Below are positions 16,515 through 25,826 of a stretch of DNA of 38,448 nucleotides, one piece after another (positions within the stretch are counted from its first letter, which is position 1; each line of letters starts with the position of its first letter). This DNA is from Alphaproteobacteria bacterium (GTDB lineage: Bacteria > Pseudomonadota > Alphaproteobacteria > Puniceispirillales > Puniceispirillaceae): positions 1 through 38,448 of the forward strand of contig WTHY01000150.1 of NCBI GenBank assembly GCA_011522945.1, read 5' to 3'. The position numbers and the translations under genes were made by a program. The notes below the pieces were generated by a model. That model was not told the DNA's origin and ran no database searches. It saw only the letters and a program-made list of their open reading frames with translations.

Positions 16515-17930
16515 ATGACCCATATTACGACTGATATCTGTATCATTGGCGCTGGTTCTGGAGGTTTGTCCCTCGCTGCTGGCGCTGTGCAAATGGGCGC
16601 ATCTGTTGTGCTTTTTGAGGCTGGCAAAATGGGGGGAGATTGCCTGAATACAGGCTGTGTCCCGTCAAAGTCATTACTTGCTGCCGCGAAAGCTGCGAAA
16701 GCTGGCACAGGAAACCCACAGATGGGCATTACAGGTCAGGTGACTGTAGATTTCTCAGCTGTGAAAGATCATGTTGAAGCTGTTATTGCTGGCATTGCCC
16801 CGCATGATTCTATTGAACGTTTTGAGTCTCTTGGCGTACAGGTCATCCCAGCGCATGCCCGTTTTTCCGGACCAAAGACAGTTATTGGTGGCGGCCAGAC
16901 TGTAAAATTCAAATATGCTGTGATTGCCACCGGCTCATCTGCATTTATACCGCCTATCGCTGGCCTCAAATCTGTGAACTATCTGACAAATGAAACGATT
17001 TTTGCGCTTCGTGATAAGCCTCAGCATCTTTTGGTGCTTGGCGGCGGGCCGATTGGCATGGAAATGGCGCAAGCTCATCTCCGTCTCGGCTGTCAGGTAA
17101 CAGTTATTGAAGCTGCCTCTATGATGAACAGAGATTCTCCGGAGCTTGTGGACCGTCTTCGCACAAAACTACAATCTGAAGGCATGCATATTATCGAAGG
17201 CACTGCTGCAACTGAAGTTAAGGAAAATGCAGATACTACAATCTCGTTGATATTAGATGATGGGCAAGAGATATCTGGGTCACATCTCCTTGTGGCTGTT
17301 GGCAGGCAGCCGAATATTTCCGAACTTGGTCTTGAGGAAGCACGGGTAAAAACAGACCGCGGCATCCAAGTGGATGCAAGCCTGCGCACCAGCAATAAAC
17401 GTATCTTTGCCATGGGTGATGTTGCTGGCCGCCTGCAATTCACCCATATGGCATCAGCTCATGCAGGCACGCTCATCCGGCAAATGCTCTTTGGCCTACC
17501 TGCCAAACAGAAAGAAACGGCCGTACCCTGGGTCACATATACTGACCCAGAGCTAGCACATGTCGGTATGACAGAGACAGATGCCATCAATAGATTTGGC
17601 GCTGATAATATTCGTGTCTTAAAAGCTGATTTTTCTGGCAATGATCGTGCACGTGCAGATTTGCGCACCGAAGGCATGGTGCAGATTATTGTGCGGAAAA
17701 ATGGAGTTGTGATTGGCGGTTCTGCCTTAGGCCCGTCAGCAGGCGAAATGATATCTGTGCTAACATTAGCAATCGATCAAAGGCTGAAAATTGGTGCGTT
17801 GGCTCAGATGATTGTCCCCTATCCAACCTATGCAGAGGCCATAAAACGAGCTGCTGGCAGCTATTACACAGATAGCCTATTTTCTAACAGGACTCGCCGT
17901 ATCGTGCGGTTTCTCATGCGTTTCAAATAA
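16515..17930 (+). CDS. FAD-dependent pyridine nucleotide-disulfide oxidoreductase (dihydrolipoyl dehydrogenase / mercuric-reductase-like)
   Basis: 471 aa with GAGSGG, a GGDCLNTGCVPSK redox-active disulfide and a C-terminal dimerisation domain. AAGGAG RBS upstream. Confidence 0.85.
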   Translation: MTHITTDICIIGAGSGGLSLAAGAVQMGASVVLFEAGKMGGDCLNTGCVPSKSLLAAAKAAKAGTGNPQMGITGQVTVDFSAVKDHVEAVIAGIAPHDSIERFESLGVQVIPAHARFSGPKTVIGGGQTVKFKYAVIATGSSAFIPPIAGLKSVNYLTNETIFALRDKPQHLLVLGGGPIGMEMAQAHLRLGCQVTVIEAASMMNRDSPELVDRLRTKLQSEGMHIIEGTAATEVKENADTTISLILDDGQEISGSHLLVAVGRQPNISELGLEEARVKTDRGIQVDASLRTSNKRIFAMGDVAGRLQFTHMASAHAGTLIRQMLFGLPAKQKETAVPWVTYTDPELAHVGMTETDAINRFGADNIRVLKADFSGNDRARADLRTEGMVQIIVRKNGVVIGGSALGPSAGEMISVLTLAIDQRLKIGALAQMIVPYPTYAEAIKRAAGSYYTDSLFSNRTRRIVRFLMRFK

Positions 17931-18132
17931 TATGATGCCAAAATCACTGCCCCTCTGAAATACTTGCTGTGATAGCAACAGGCCAAAATTAGCTGGAAAC
18001 ACGCTGCTATAGACCAACCTACAAGAAGGAAAAACAGCCCTAAGACATACGCAAAAGCCCACATATCTGCGCCAGAGAATAGCACTTGAAAACACGTGGT
18101 CAGGCTGATAGTAAACAAGCCCACAAGACGAT

Positions 18133-18207
<75 letters not shown>

Positions 18208-18414
18208 TTAACCCTTTCCGCCACTCAATATCAGAATACAAACTACTGTGACGCTCAAATGTTACGCCAGATTCAGTAGCACAAACCTTAATATTACAAC
18301 CCAGTATTATACATGATGGTGACAGCATATAATTGCACAAATACATCTAAGGCCTATGCAATATGATAAGAAATTAGGCGTTTCCAAAAAGCTTTGTGCG
18401 ACTTATGACATCAC

Positions 18415-18453
18415 AAACAAAAAAGGCACCTATCCATATGGTAGCGCCTTTTA
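18415..18453. terminator. Imperfect hairpin flanked by an A-run and a T-run. Possibly a bidirectional terminator downstream of the trcR-like gene.
   Basis: The sequence is acaaaaaaggcacctatccatatggtagcgcctttta. The stem carries a bulge and a mismatch, so support is weak. Confidence 0.3.
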
Positions 18454-18585
18454 TAGCCATAGCACGCATGTCCCTTGACTTTATAGGACTGTCCCTCACT
18501 TACATACGAAAAACACCCTTCCAGATGAGATGTCGATCATAGCGGAGGTTCGTGCCGCAGGATTCCTAAGCTAGGTCATTATGTC

Positions 18586-19152
18586 CTATGGGATTTCTGA
18601 CAAATCACCAAGCTGTTCGGCATTTGCCTTTGGCGCGCCACCTGCTTTTTCAATTGCGGCATTCAGATCCTGCTGACTGCAAAGCCCAAGCATCGCTGGG
18701 TGCTTAGCTGTAATATTGGCAATATTCCAATGTGTTCTTTCACGGATTTTGCCAATTGTGTCCTTGGTTGTGCCAATCAGCTTGCCGATCTGCGCATCAG
18801 ATAATTCAGGATGATGCTTCACCAGCCAGGCAATCGCATCAGGCTTATCCCCACGACGCGCAACTGGCACATAGCGAGGTCCCTTTGTCCGCAAGGTTGG
18901 TTGCGGCAAATTATTCGACGCCATTTGCAGGCTAGCATCACTATCAGCCTCGCAACGCGCAATTTCATCTTTCGATAACTGTCCATTTGATACAGGATCA
19001 AATCCCAGAATACCGGCGCCGACCTCGCCATCAGCAATTGCCTGCACTTCAAGATCATGCAAACCACAAAAATCACCGATCTGCTGGAATGTCAGACCTG
19101 TATTATCGATTAACCAGACGGCTGTTGCCTTTGGCATTAAAAGTTGAGTCAT
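18586..19152 (-). CDS. DUF1013 protein (Caulobacter TrcR-like cell-cycle transcriptional regulator)
   Basis: The N-terminus LMPKATAVWLIDNTGLTFQQIGDFCGLHDLEVQAIADGEV matches my recollection of the DUF1013/TrcR family. Confidence 0.75.
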   Translation of the reverse strand: MTQLLMPKATAVWLIDNTGLTFQQIGDFCGLHDLEVQAIADGEVGAGILGFDPVSNGQLSKDEIARCEADSDASLQMASNNLPQPTLRTKGPRYVPVARRGDKPDAIAWLVKHHPELSDAQIGKLIGTTKDTIGKIRERTHWNIANITAKHPAMLGLCSQQDLNAAIEKAGGAPKANAEQLGDLSEIP

Positions 19153-19173
19153 ATTTCTGCTCTTTCTTTTGAT

Positions 19174-19272
19174 TTACACCTAAATCATCGCTAGGCGACA
19201 TCAACCGATCCTGTGGCCTGCCTTTGTTAGGCGCGGCGGATACGGATGATATGTCATGAAACTTACACCTAA
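19174..19272. promoter_or_regulatory. Two exact copies of TTACACCTAA, 89 nt apart, in the divergent intergenic region
   Basis: The copies are at 19174-19183 and 19263-19272, between the DUF1013 gene (minus) and the DUF1192 gene (plus). Function is unknown. Confidence 0.3.
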
Positions 19273-19371
19273 TATACGCACTATTCGCAACTTTGCAAAG
19301 GTCTGCTTTTACATTAATCTGCCACTTCAGGCATGTAGCTATCTAAAACTTGTCAAAAAGGGAGCCGTATC

Positions 19372-19548
19372 ATGGATGAGGAATTTGAGGGGCTAAAGCC
19401 TGCCTTTGCACCGAAAGCACTTCACAATTGGAATATTGAGGATTTAGAAGCCTATATCAAACGGCTAGAAGATGAGATTCAAAGGGTACAATCTGCACTT
19501 GAAACCAAAACGGCCGTGGCAGATGCTGCAAAGGGACTATTCAAATAA
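19372..19548 (+). CDS. DUF1192 family small coiled-coil protein (58 aa, not in the ORF track)
   Basis: GGGAG lies 8 nt upstream of the ATG. The product is MDEEFEGLKPAFAPKALHNWNIEDLEAYIKRLEDEIQRVQSALETKTAVADAAKGLFK. This fits the pattern of alphaproteobacterial DUF1192. Confidence 0.7.
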   Translation: MDEEFEGLKPAFAPKALHNWNIEDLEAYIKRLEDEIQRVQSALETKTAVADAAKGLFK

Positions 19549-19651
19549 ATGCGTGCAAGAGACGTGCTAGGCAGCCAGAGACTAATCTAGACATAACAAG
19601 ACTGCACAAATATCGCATAGGCACGCAATCCCCCAGATAAAGGCAGAGAGT

Positions 19652-20446
19652 ATGACAATAACTGATATCAAAACAAAAACAGCACTCATCACCGGGGCAA
19701 GCTCTGGCATTGGATTTGGTATTGCAAAACAGTTAGCATCTCTTGGATACCATCTAACTATTGGGGGAAAAGAACCTGTTGAAGATGTGCAAGATCAGCT
19801 TGCAGACCTAGCCCGTGCTGGCGCTGCTGCCGTCCATTATGACGATACAGATATGCGAGATAGCGACGCTGTCAGACATATGGTAGCAACTGCTCGTGAG
19901 CGTATGGGTAGCCTATATTTACTCGTCAATAATGCTGGCATTCAGCATGTAGATACAATTGCAGATTTTGCTTCTGACGCTTGGCAGGCTGTCATTGATA
20001 TCAATCTTTCAGCTCCCTTTCATGCGACGGCGGCAGCTATTCCCTTCATGCATGAGGCTGGTGCTGGCAGGATCATAAATATTGCCTCAGTACATGGGCT
20101 TGTCGCCTCGCCAAACAAATCAGCATATGTAGCTGCAAAACATGGCATTATTGGGCTCACAAAAACGACAGCTCTAGAATTAGCACAAACAAATATCACA
20201 TGTAATGCAATTGCGCCTGCCTGGGTATTAACGCCGCTTGTTGCCGCGCAAATAGAGGCAAGAGCAGCAGAATCTGGCTTGAGCTTTGAGGCAGAATCTC
20301 ATCGTCTTGTCTCTGAAAAGCAGCCTAATGGCCGTTTCGTAACGCCAGAGGAAATAGGAGAGATGATATGCTATCTGGCAAGCCCAGCTGCCAGAAGCAT
20401 TACTGGCAGCACTATGACAATTGATGGTGGCTGGACAGCACAATAA
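19652..20446 (+). CDS. bdhA: 3-hydroxybutyrate dehydrogenase (SDR)
   Basis: 264 aa with TGASSGIG, NNAGIQHV and SAYVAAKHGIIGLTK motifs, plus the C-terminal TIDGGWTAQ typical of BDH. Confidence 0.8.
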   Translation: MTITDIKTKTALITGASSGIGFGIAKQLASLGYHLTIGGKEPVEDVQDQLADLARAGAAAVHYDDTDMRDSDAVRHMVATARERMGSLYLLVNNAGIQHVDTIADFASDAWQAVIDINLSAPFHATAAAIPFMHEAGAGRIINIASVHGLVASPNKSAYVAAKHGIIGLTKTTALELAQTNITCNAIAPAWVLTPLVAAQIEARAAESGLSFEAESHRLVSEKQPNGRFVTPEEIGEMICYLASPAARSITGSTMTIDGGWTAQ

Positions 20447-20701
20447 CCAAATAGCGCGTCGCACAGCGTTCAGATAGGCAGATTTTGCAAATAACCTTGT
20501 CTAGGGCGGCCTCTATATCCGCTGTCAAAAAGCCTTGTCTGAGGCAATATCCTCTTGCTTCTCAGCATAGGCGCCGGCGGAGCTGCATTTTGCAGTGAGT
20601 CATTAGGCTTCAGGCTGATTCAAAGCCAGATGCGCACAATTACCTGCCCAGTTAGCCATAAACCAAGACCGTAGATATATCTGCTGTCAGATAGATGCCT
20701 G

Positions 20702-21568
20702 TTATTCCGGAAACCGTATCTCTGGCAGATGGGCGGGATAATGAATTGTAATTTCGGCTGTATCTGCTGTTAGATGACTGCCCGCTTCCAAATGGGCTTT
20801 AACAGCGTCAAGCCTTAGTATCGCAAGTGCCCTTGTACCGTCTGCTGCACAGCTTAGCGTCTGACCAATCACCACATCTTTATGGCTAATCTGCATCTCA
20901 GGCTCTAACCCGCCAGTAGCACATCTCACAGTCAGAATACGTTTTTTGACAAGACCGCGGTAATGTGTACGGGCCGTAACCTCCTGACCAATATAACATC
21001 CTTTGCTAAAATCCACCGCATTGAGATGCTCAAACCCAGCTTCAAGCATAAGGGCACGATTACGGATTAGATCCACTGGACCCTCTGGCACATTGCGATT
21101 GATACGAAGCTTATCCCACCGGCTTTCCTCAACCTCTGTTATAGTATCTGGCATATTAGCTGCTGAGACTCCTACAATATGACGACCAAGTGCAGCATCT
21201 CGTGGGTCTAAAAAGCCAATCTCAGGCAGATCTGAGTCACTCTGAGTTTCGGTGAATAGAATGTTAGAGGCCCAATCCGAGCAAATCTCTATGCCTACCG
21301 GCCGGCGTAATCGGTACATCATTAGCCGTTTACGAAAATCTGGCACTTCTGACAGGGGAAGTTGCAGCCAGAATTTATCTGGCTCTGGGCGAAACACCAA
21401 CATATCAAATAAAATGCGGCCTTGCGGACTTAATAGACACGCAGCTTGCGCTGCACCAACCTCTAGCTTGGCTATCTGCGCTGTAAGCAGATCATTTAAA
21501 AACTCTGCAGATTCGGCGCCGCTAATCTCTAAAGCTGATAGCTGTTGTCTTGGTGCGAAATACATCAT
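20702..21568 (-). CDS. ygfZ: Folate-binding YgfZ/CAF17 family protein (Fe-S cluster repair)
   Basis: KGCYIGQEVTARTHYRG is the YgfZ signature motif, within a GcvT-like fold of matching length. Confidence 0.85.
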   Translation of the reverse strand: MMYFAPRQQLSALEISGAESAEFLNDLLTAQIAKLEVGAAQAACLLSPQGRILFDMLVFRPEPDKFWLQLPLSEVPDFRKRLMMYRLRRPVGIEICSDWASNILFTETQSDSDLPEIGFLDPRDAALGRHIVGVSAANMPDTITEVEESRWDKLRINRNVPEGPVDLIRNRALMLEAGFEHLNAVDFSKGCYIGQEVTARTHYRGLVKKRILTVRCATGGLEPEMQISHKDVVIGQTLSCAADGTRALAILRLDAVKAHLEAGSHLTADTAEITIHYPAHLPEIRFPE

Positions 21569-21604
21569 TTACCTATGCTGTTACGTGAGGTTGAACATCT
21601 TCTT

Positions 21605-22123
21605 TTATGGCTTATGACGTACGATATCACCAAAATACCGTGCTACGTAAAATTGCCGCTTATTCGCCCAAAAACACTTTTTTTCATCTGGCACAGCCTC
21701 ATAAAACTCTGCAAATTCTGAGAGGTGATATAATTGTGTACAGCCTAGATAGCGTACCTTTATCCACCCCTCTCCTATATCAATTTTCCCGATTTTCCGT
21801 GTCGTTACCGTTATTTTCGGCACATCACTCTTAAAGCACTGGCCTTTTTTGTTGCCGCGGCACGCTGTCTCTTCTGACCCTTTCACCCGCAAATAGGTGA
21901 ATATACCATCCTCAACCTGAAATCCCTCATCATCAAACATCTTGCAACCATCATCTGGTGCCCGTGAGCGTTGTGCAAACTCACAGGTGAACCAGATGCC
22001 GTTCCAGCCATCTGTAACAGCGTTGCCGGCCGTTGGCAGACAACAAACAAACAGTAATATCAGGCAAAATAAGCCTGCTCTAAAACCATAGTCCTGTTTT
22101 TGCATCGGTAAATATTGGTCCAT
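21605..22123 (-). CDS. Hypothetical secreted Cys-rich protein
   Basis: Hydrophobic N-terminus ending in AGNA-VT, with 6 Cys in the mature part. It lies 36 nt upstream of ygfZ on the same strand. The start may instead be the ATG at 22105. Confidence 0.55.
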   Translation of the reverse strand: MDQYLPMQKQDYGFRAGLFCLILLFVCCLPTAGNAVTDGWNGIWFTCEFAQRSRAPDDGCKMFDDEGFQVEDGIFTYLRVKGSEETACRGNKKGQCFKSDVPKITVTTRKIGKIDIGEGWIKVRYLGCTQLYHLSEFAEFYEAVPDEKKCFWANKRQFYVARYFGDIVRHKP

Positions 22124-22213
22124 AATTATATTAAATGGCGTATCTATATTGTAGTTTCAACGGTTACAGGTCCTTTCGGCCTGCCGTTTGCGTTTCAAAT
22201 CTCTAAGGGAAGT

Positions 22214-23524
22214 ATGATTATGCGCGAACATACCTTGCGTCGCCAATTATCTGAGGAGCTTCATGCCCGCCCTTATCATAATTTTGAGGGTGCTGGCAGA
22301 TTTATCCGTTTCATTTTTCTCTTCGAAGATAATGATACGCAGATAATTACATATATTAATGACTATTTGAAACAGCAGAACCATCCACCGCTAACCTCCA
22401 ACACAAAATTCACCAGAGTGGTTATTGATGATTTTGCCATGCGTGTTGAGAGACATACTGAGTTTGTTTCACTCAGCCTGATTGAAAAGGGACTGCCCGC
22501 GAAATCAGGTCTAGCAAAACATGCGTTTGATCTGGCGAACCTGTCGCATTTACCATTTGATTGGGTGCGACAAATGCCAGCCGAATTATTCCATGCAATA
22601 TGGCTTGAAATTGGCGGCAAACCGCCGCACCGCCTGTCTAATGATGATGTGACACTATTGCTTGATAGTCGCTCTGCACCGTCCAATATGATTTCTGATG
22701 GTGCGGCCCAGCTGCATGTAAGCTTTGATATTGATGCAGAGGGGTTTTCCAGAGCCGCCTTATTCAATATCTCAATTCCGGCAAACCGCATGGGCCGTAT
22801 TGTGCAACGGGTCATTGAGATGGAAACCTATCGGATGCTTACCTTATTAGGGCTATCTGCTGCGCAGGCGCATAGTAGCACCTTAAATGCAGTTGATGAC
22901 TCTCTTAGTCTTCTGACAGCCAGCCTTTCAAAGCAAATTACTGCTATTGATAAATCTACAGATGACATCTTGCCAAAATTATCAGAGCTATCTGCAAGAC
23001 TAGAGGAAACCTTTGCAAAAACTGGCTTCCGCATGGCAGCAAGCAAAGCCTATAGCGATGTCTTTTTAGCTAGACTTGATGCCTTAAGGCCAACATATTT
23101 GCCTGGTTTTCAAGGTATTCGAGGATTCATTGATCGGCGTATGTTGCCTGCCTTGCAAACCTGTACCGCCTTTTCAAACAGGCTTGAGCGGCTGGCCACA
23201 CGTATTGATCGTAGCGCACAATTATTGCGCACCCAAACAGAGATGACCATCCAACATCAAAATCGTGATTTACTTGTCTCAATGGATAGACGGGCCCAGA
23301 TACAGCTGCGCTTGCAGCAAACTGTTGAAGGTCTCTCAATCGCTGCTTTAACCTACTATTCAGTGGGGCTAATCGGATTTATCGCCCAGGCACTGCCACT
23401 GGCAGCATGGGGTCTTAACGTTCAGATAGTAAAGGCAGCCTTTGTACCGTTAACAGCTATAATTGTGTGGCGTATTATCAGGCGCGCCAGTCGCGCGGCC
23501 CGTACCGGGAAAACTGAAGATTAA
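22214..23524 (+). CDS. DUF3422 family membrane-anchored protein
   Basis: The protein has an N-terminal REHTLRRQLSEELHARP segment, a long soluble region and two C-terminal TM helices. The internal ATG at 22214 follows AAGGGA. The ORF track start at 22115 would add an implausible leader. Confidence 0.7.
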   Translation: MIMREHTLRRQLSEELHARPYHNFEGAGRFIRFIFLFEDNDTQIITYINDYLKQQNHPPLTSNTKFTRVVIDDFAMRVERHTEFVSLSLIEKGLPAKSGLAKHAFDLANLSHLPFDWVRQMPAELFHAIWLEIGGKPPHRLSNDDVTLLLDSRSAPSNMISDGAAQLHVSFDIDAEGFSRAALFNISIPANRMGRIVQRVIEMETYRMLTLLGLSAAQAHSSTLNAVDDSLSLLTASLSKQITAIDKSTDDILPKLSELSARLEETFAKTGFRMAASKAYSDVFLARLDALRPTYLPGFQGIRGFIDRRMLPALQTCTAFSNRLERLATRIDRSAQLLRTQTEMTIQHQNRDLLVSMDRRAQIQLRLQQTVEGLSIAALTYYSVGLIGFIAQALPLAAWGLNVQIVKAAFVPLTAIIVWRIIRRASRAARTGKTED

Positions 23525-24779
23525 AGGTAAAAAAGCATATGCCTGATACGGCTAGGGTGGATAAAACCACTAGCCCCATTAACAAGCCTAAGCTTGCCCC
23601 TGCATCTATCATAACACCCATGATTACAGGTGATAATGCGCTACCGATAACAGTAATTGGCTGTGCCATAGCTTTTATTTCACCGAGATAGCGGGTGCCG
23701 TAACGCTCTGCAAGTAAGGCACTTGTTGTATTAGAGAGCATGCCACTTGCTAGTCCAAACAGACTAAAAAACCCAATCAAAGCAAGAGATGTTGGCGCAA
23801 GCCACAAACATAAAGCGGCAAAGGCAATTGGCAATTGTGCAGCCGTGGCAAGCTGGTGTGCGGTAAATCTGTCCACCAAAATACCTGATAAAAACGCACC
23901 AATAACTGCTGCTACTGCGTAAAAGGCATAATGTGCTGACCAGACAAGTAAACTAACGCCTTTCGCCTCTGCTAGATATAGCTGATGGAACAATAAGCCT
24001 GTAATGGTGAAACTAGGGACAGCAATTATCCAAATTATAACAGTCCAGAAAATCGGCTCTTTTAGAGCGTCTATCCGGCGCATGCCGCCAAGTTCCGAAG
24101 GTGGCATATCATCATCTGCACCTGGCTTTTGCCAGCCAAGCCCATCTTGAAGTGGTGTTCGCTTTGTCAGTCTTGGGATTAGCGGCGCAAAGCTAAATAA
24201 GGCAAATAACGCGATGCCTGCCCAGATTTGCCGCCAGTCATATAAGCTAAGAAGACTGATGATAATCGCAGGACCAATAGACTCCGCAATATTGATACCT
24301 ACACCCGTGACAGCTAAAGCACGTCCACGTGCTATAATATATCGACGGGCGATAGAGGTGCTATATACATGAAACATCATGCCCTGCCCAAATAAGCGAA
24401 GCAGATAAATGCCGATCACAAGGCTAATGGTAGATGCGATAAAAGAAAAATGCAGAGCCGCAAGACAAATCGCACCGAGTGTGATTAGGCTGAGTTTTTT
24501 GACACTCATCAAATCGGCCAATTTGCCAAGCCAGATAAGGGTAGCCGCACTTGCCAAGGTGGCTATAGCATAATATCCGCCAAAATCGCCATGACTTAAC
24601 TGCAAGTCAGCTCGTATTTCATTAGAGAATAGTGAAATAAAAAATGTCTGGCCAAGAGATGACCAGAATGACATCAATCCCCCATAGAGGAAAAAGCTCC
24701 ATTCTGATCGAACAAGCTGAAGCAATGAGACAGAGCTTGGCAATGTCATTTCTGTGGATCCAGATGATGCGGTCGTCAT
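23478..24779 (-). CDS. MFS transporter
   Basis: 433 aa with about 12 predicted hydrophobic helices. The central loop is typical of the MFS fold. Confidence 0.85.
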   Translation of the reverse strand: MTTASSGSTEMTLPSSVSLLQLVRSEWSFFLYGGLMSFWSSLGQTFFISLFSNEIRADLQLSHGDFGGYYAIATLASAATLIWLGKLADLMSVKKLSLITLGAICLAALHFSFIASTISLVIGIYLLRLFGQGMMFHVYSTSIARRYIIARGRALAVTGVGINIAESIGPAIIISLLSLYDWRQIWAGIALFALFSFAPLIPRLTKRTPLQDGLGWQKPGADDDMPPSELGGMRRIDALKEPIFWTVIIWIIAVPSFTITGLLFHQLYLAEAKGVSLLVWSAHYAFYAVAAVIGAFLSGILVDRFTAHQLATAAQLPIAFAALCLWLAPTSLALIGFFSLFGLASGMLSNTTSALLAERYGTRYLGEIKAMAQPITVIGSALSPVIMGVMIDAGASLGLLMGLVVLSTLAVSGICFFTFNLQFSRYGPRDWRA

Positions 24780-24985
24780 CTACGGCGACGCTTCTTTTTA
24801 TCACTCTCTGGCTTTGGCTTTCTGACTTTTGTCATCTGGCCATAAATAATACCTTCTACAATCAGAACAGTAAACATGATCCCAAGGCCAATCCAGCCAT
24901 TGCCTGACGTACCTATCCACCAGGCAATGAAAACAACTACGCACCAACCTAGCGCAAATACTGCACCTAATGAGCTTTTAATCAT
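24776..24985 (-). CDS. Small two-helix membrane protein with a polybasic tail (69 aa)
   Basis: GAGGTG lies upstream of the ATG. The stop overlaps the MFS start by 4 nt (ATGA). The C-terminus is KVRKPKPESDKKKRRRR. Confidence 0.55.
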   Translation of the reverse strand: MIKSSLGAVFALGWCVVVFIAWWIGTSGNGWIGLGIMFTVLIVEGIIYGQMTKVRKPKPESDKKKRRRR

Positions 24986-25223
24986 TGCCTGTATCCCACC
25001 TCTGACTGGGCTAAGCCTACACCACTAAATACATGCATTAAGACGCCGCCCGTAAAACCTATTTTACCAATATGGCCTTCCCATGCATGAGCACATACAT
25101 CATAGCATAAGCCTGCAAAAGCGCTTGTGCAATCTTCATCCATATAAGCCCTCTAAACGTAGCAATGATGCAAAGGCCTGTAAGATGGCAACTTGGCACT
25201 ACTGTGAAAGAGGAACTATCAAA

Positions 25224-25826
25224 ATGTCTATGGCTCGTTTGTCACAACTGCTATGCGCAGGGCTTTTCTTATTGCTTATTTCTGGATGTGCACAGCGTCC
25301 TGTTCAGGATTTTACTGGCAGCCAGCCAGAGCTCAAACTTGAGGAGTTTTTTGCAGGAGATGTGATTGCATATGGCTTATTTGAGGATAGGTTTGGCCGT
25401 TTGCAAAGAGAATTCAAAGTCAACATAACAGGCGAAGTGGATGGGGATACGCTTACCCTGACCGAGGATTTTCTATATAAGGATGGAGAGACTCAACAGC
25501 GTATTTGGACGATAAAAACAACCGGCATTTCTGAGGATGGAACACGCCTTTATTCTGGAACCGCCGCAGATGTCATCGGCGCTGCCAATGGAGAAGTCGC
25601 AGGCTCGGCCCTATTCTGGTCATATGCTGTTGACCTCAATATGGGGGATAGCAGCTTACGTGTAAAATTCGATGACTGGATTTACCAGATGGATGAGCAT
25701 GTTGCTATGAACCGTGCCACAATCTCAAAATTTGGCTTGGAGATTGGCACCGTCACACTTGTTTTCTTACGTGGTCCGGCTGTAAATGCCATAGGCATGC
25801 ATGATTTAACGCGCTGGAATAGCTAA
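25224..25826 (+). CDS. DUF3833 family lipoprotein
   Basis: The internal ATG at 25224 is preceded by AGAGGA. A lipobox is present (LLISG-C). The LEEFFAGDVIAYGLFEDRFG segment and the TLTLTEDFLYKDGE region fit DUF3833 as I recall it. Confidence 0.7.
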   Translation: MSMARLSQLLCAGLFLLLISGCAQRPVQDFTGSQPELKLEEFFAGDVIAYGLFEDRFGRLQREFKVNITGEVDGDTLTLTEDFLYKDGETQQRIWTIKTTGISEDGTRLYSGTAADVIGAANGEVAGSALFWSYAVDLNMGDSSLRVKFDDWIYQMDEHVAMNRATISKFGLEIGTVTLVFLRGPAVNAIGMHDLTRWNS

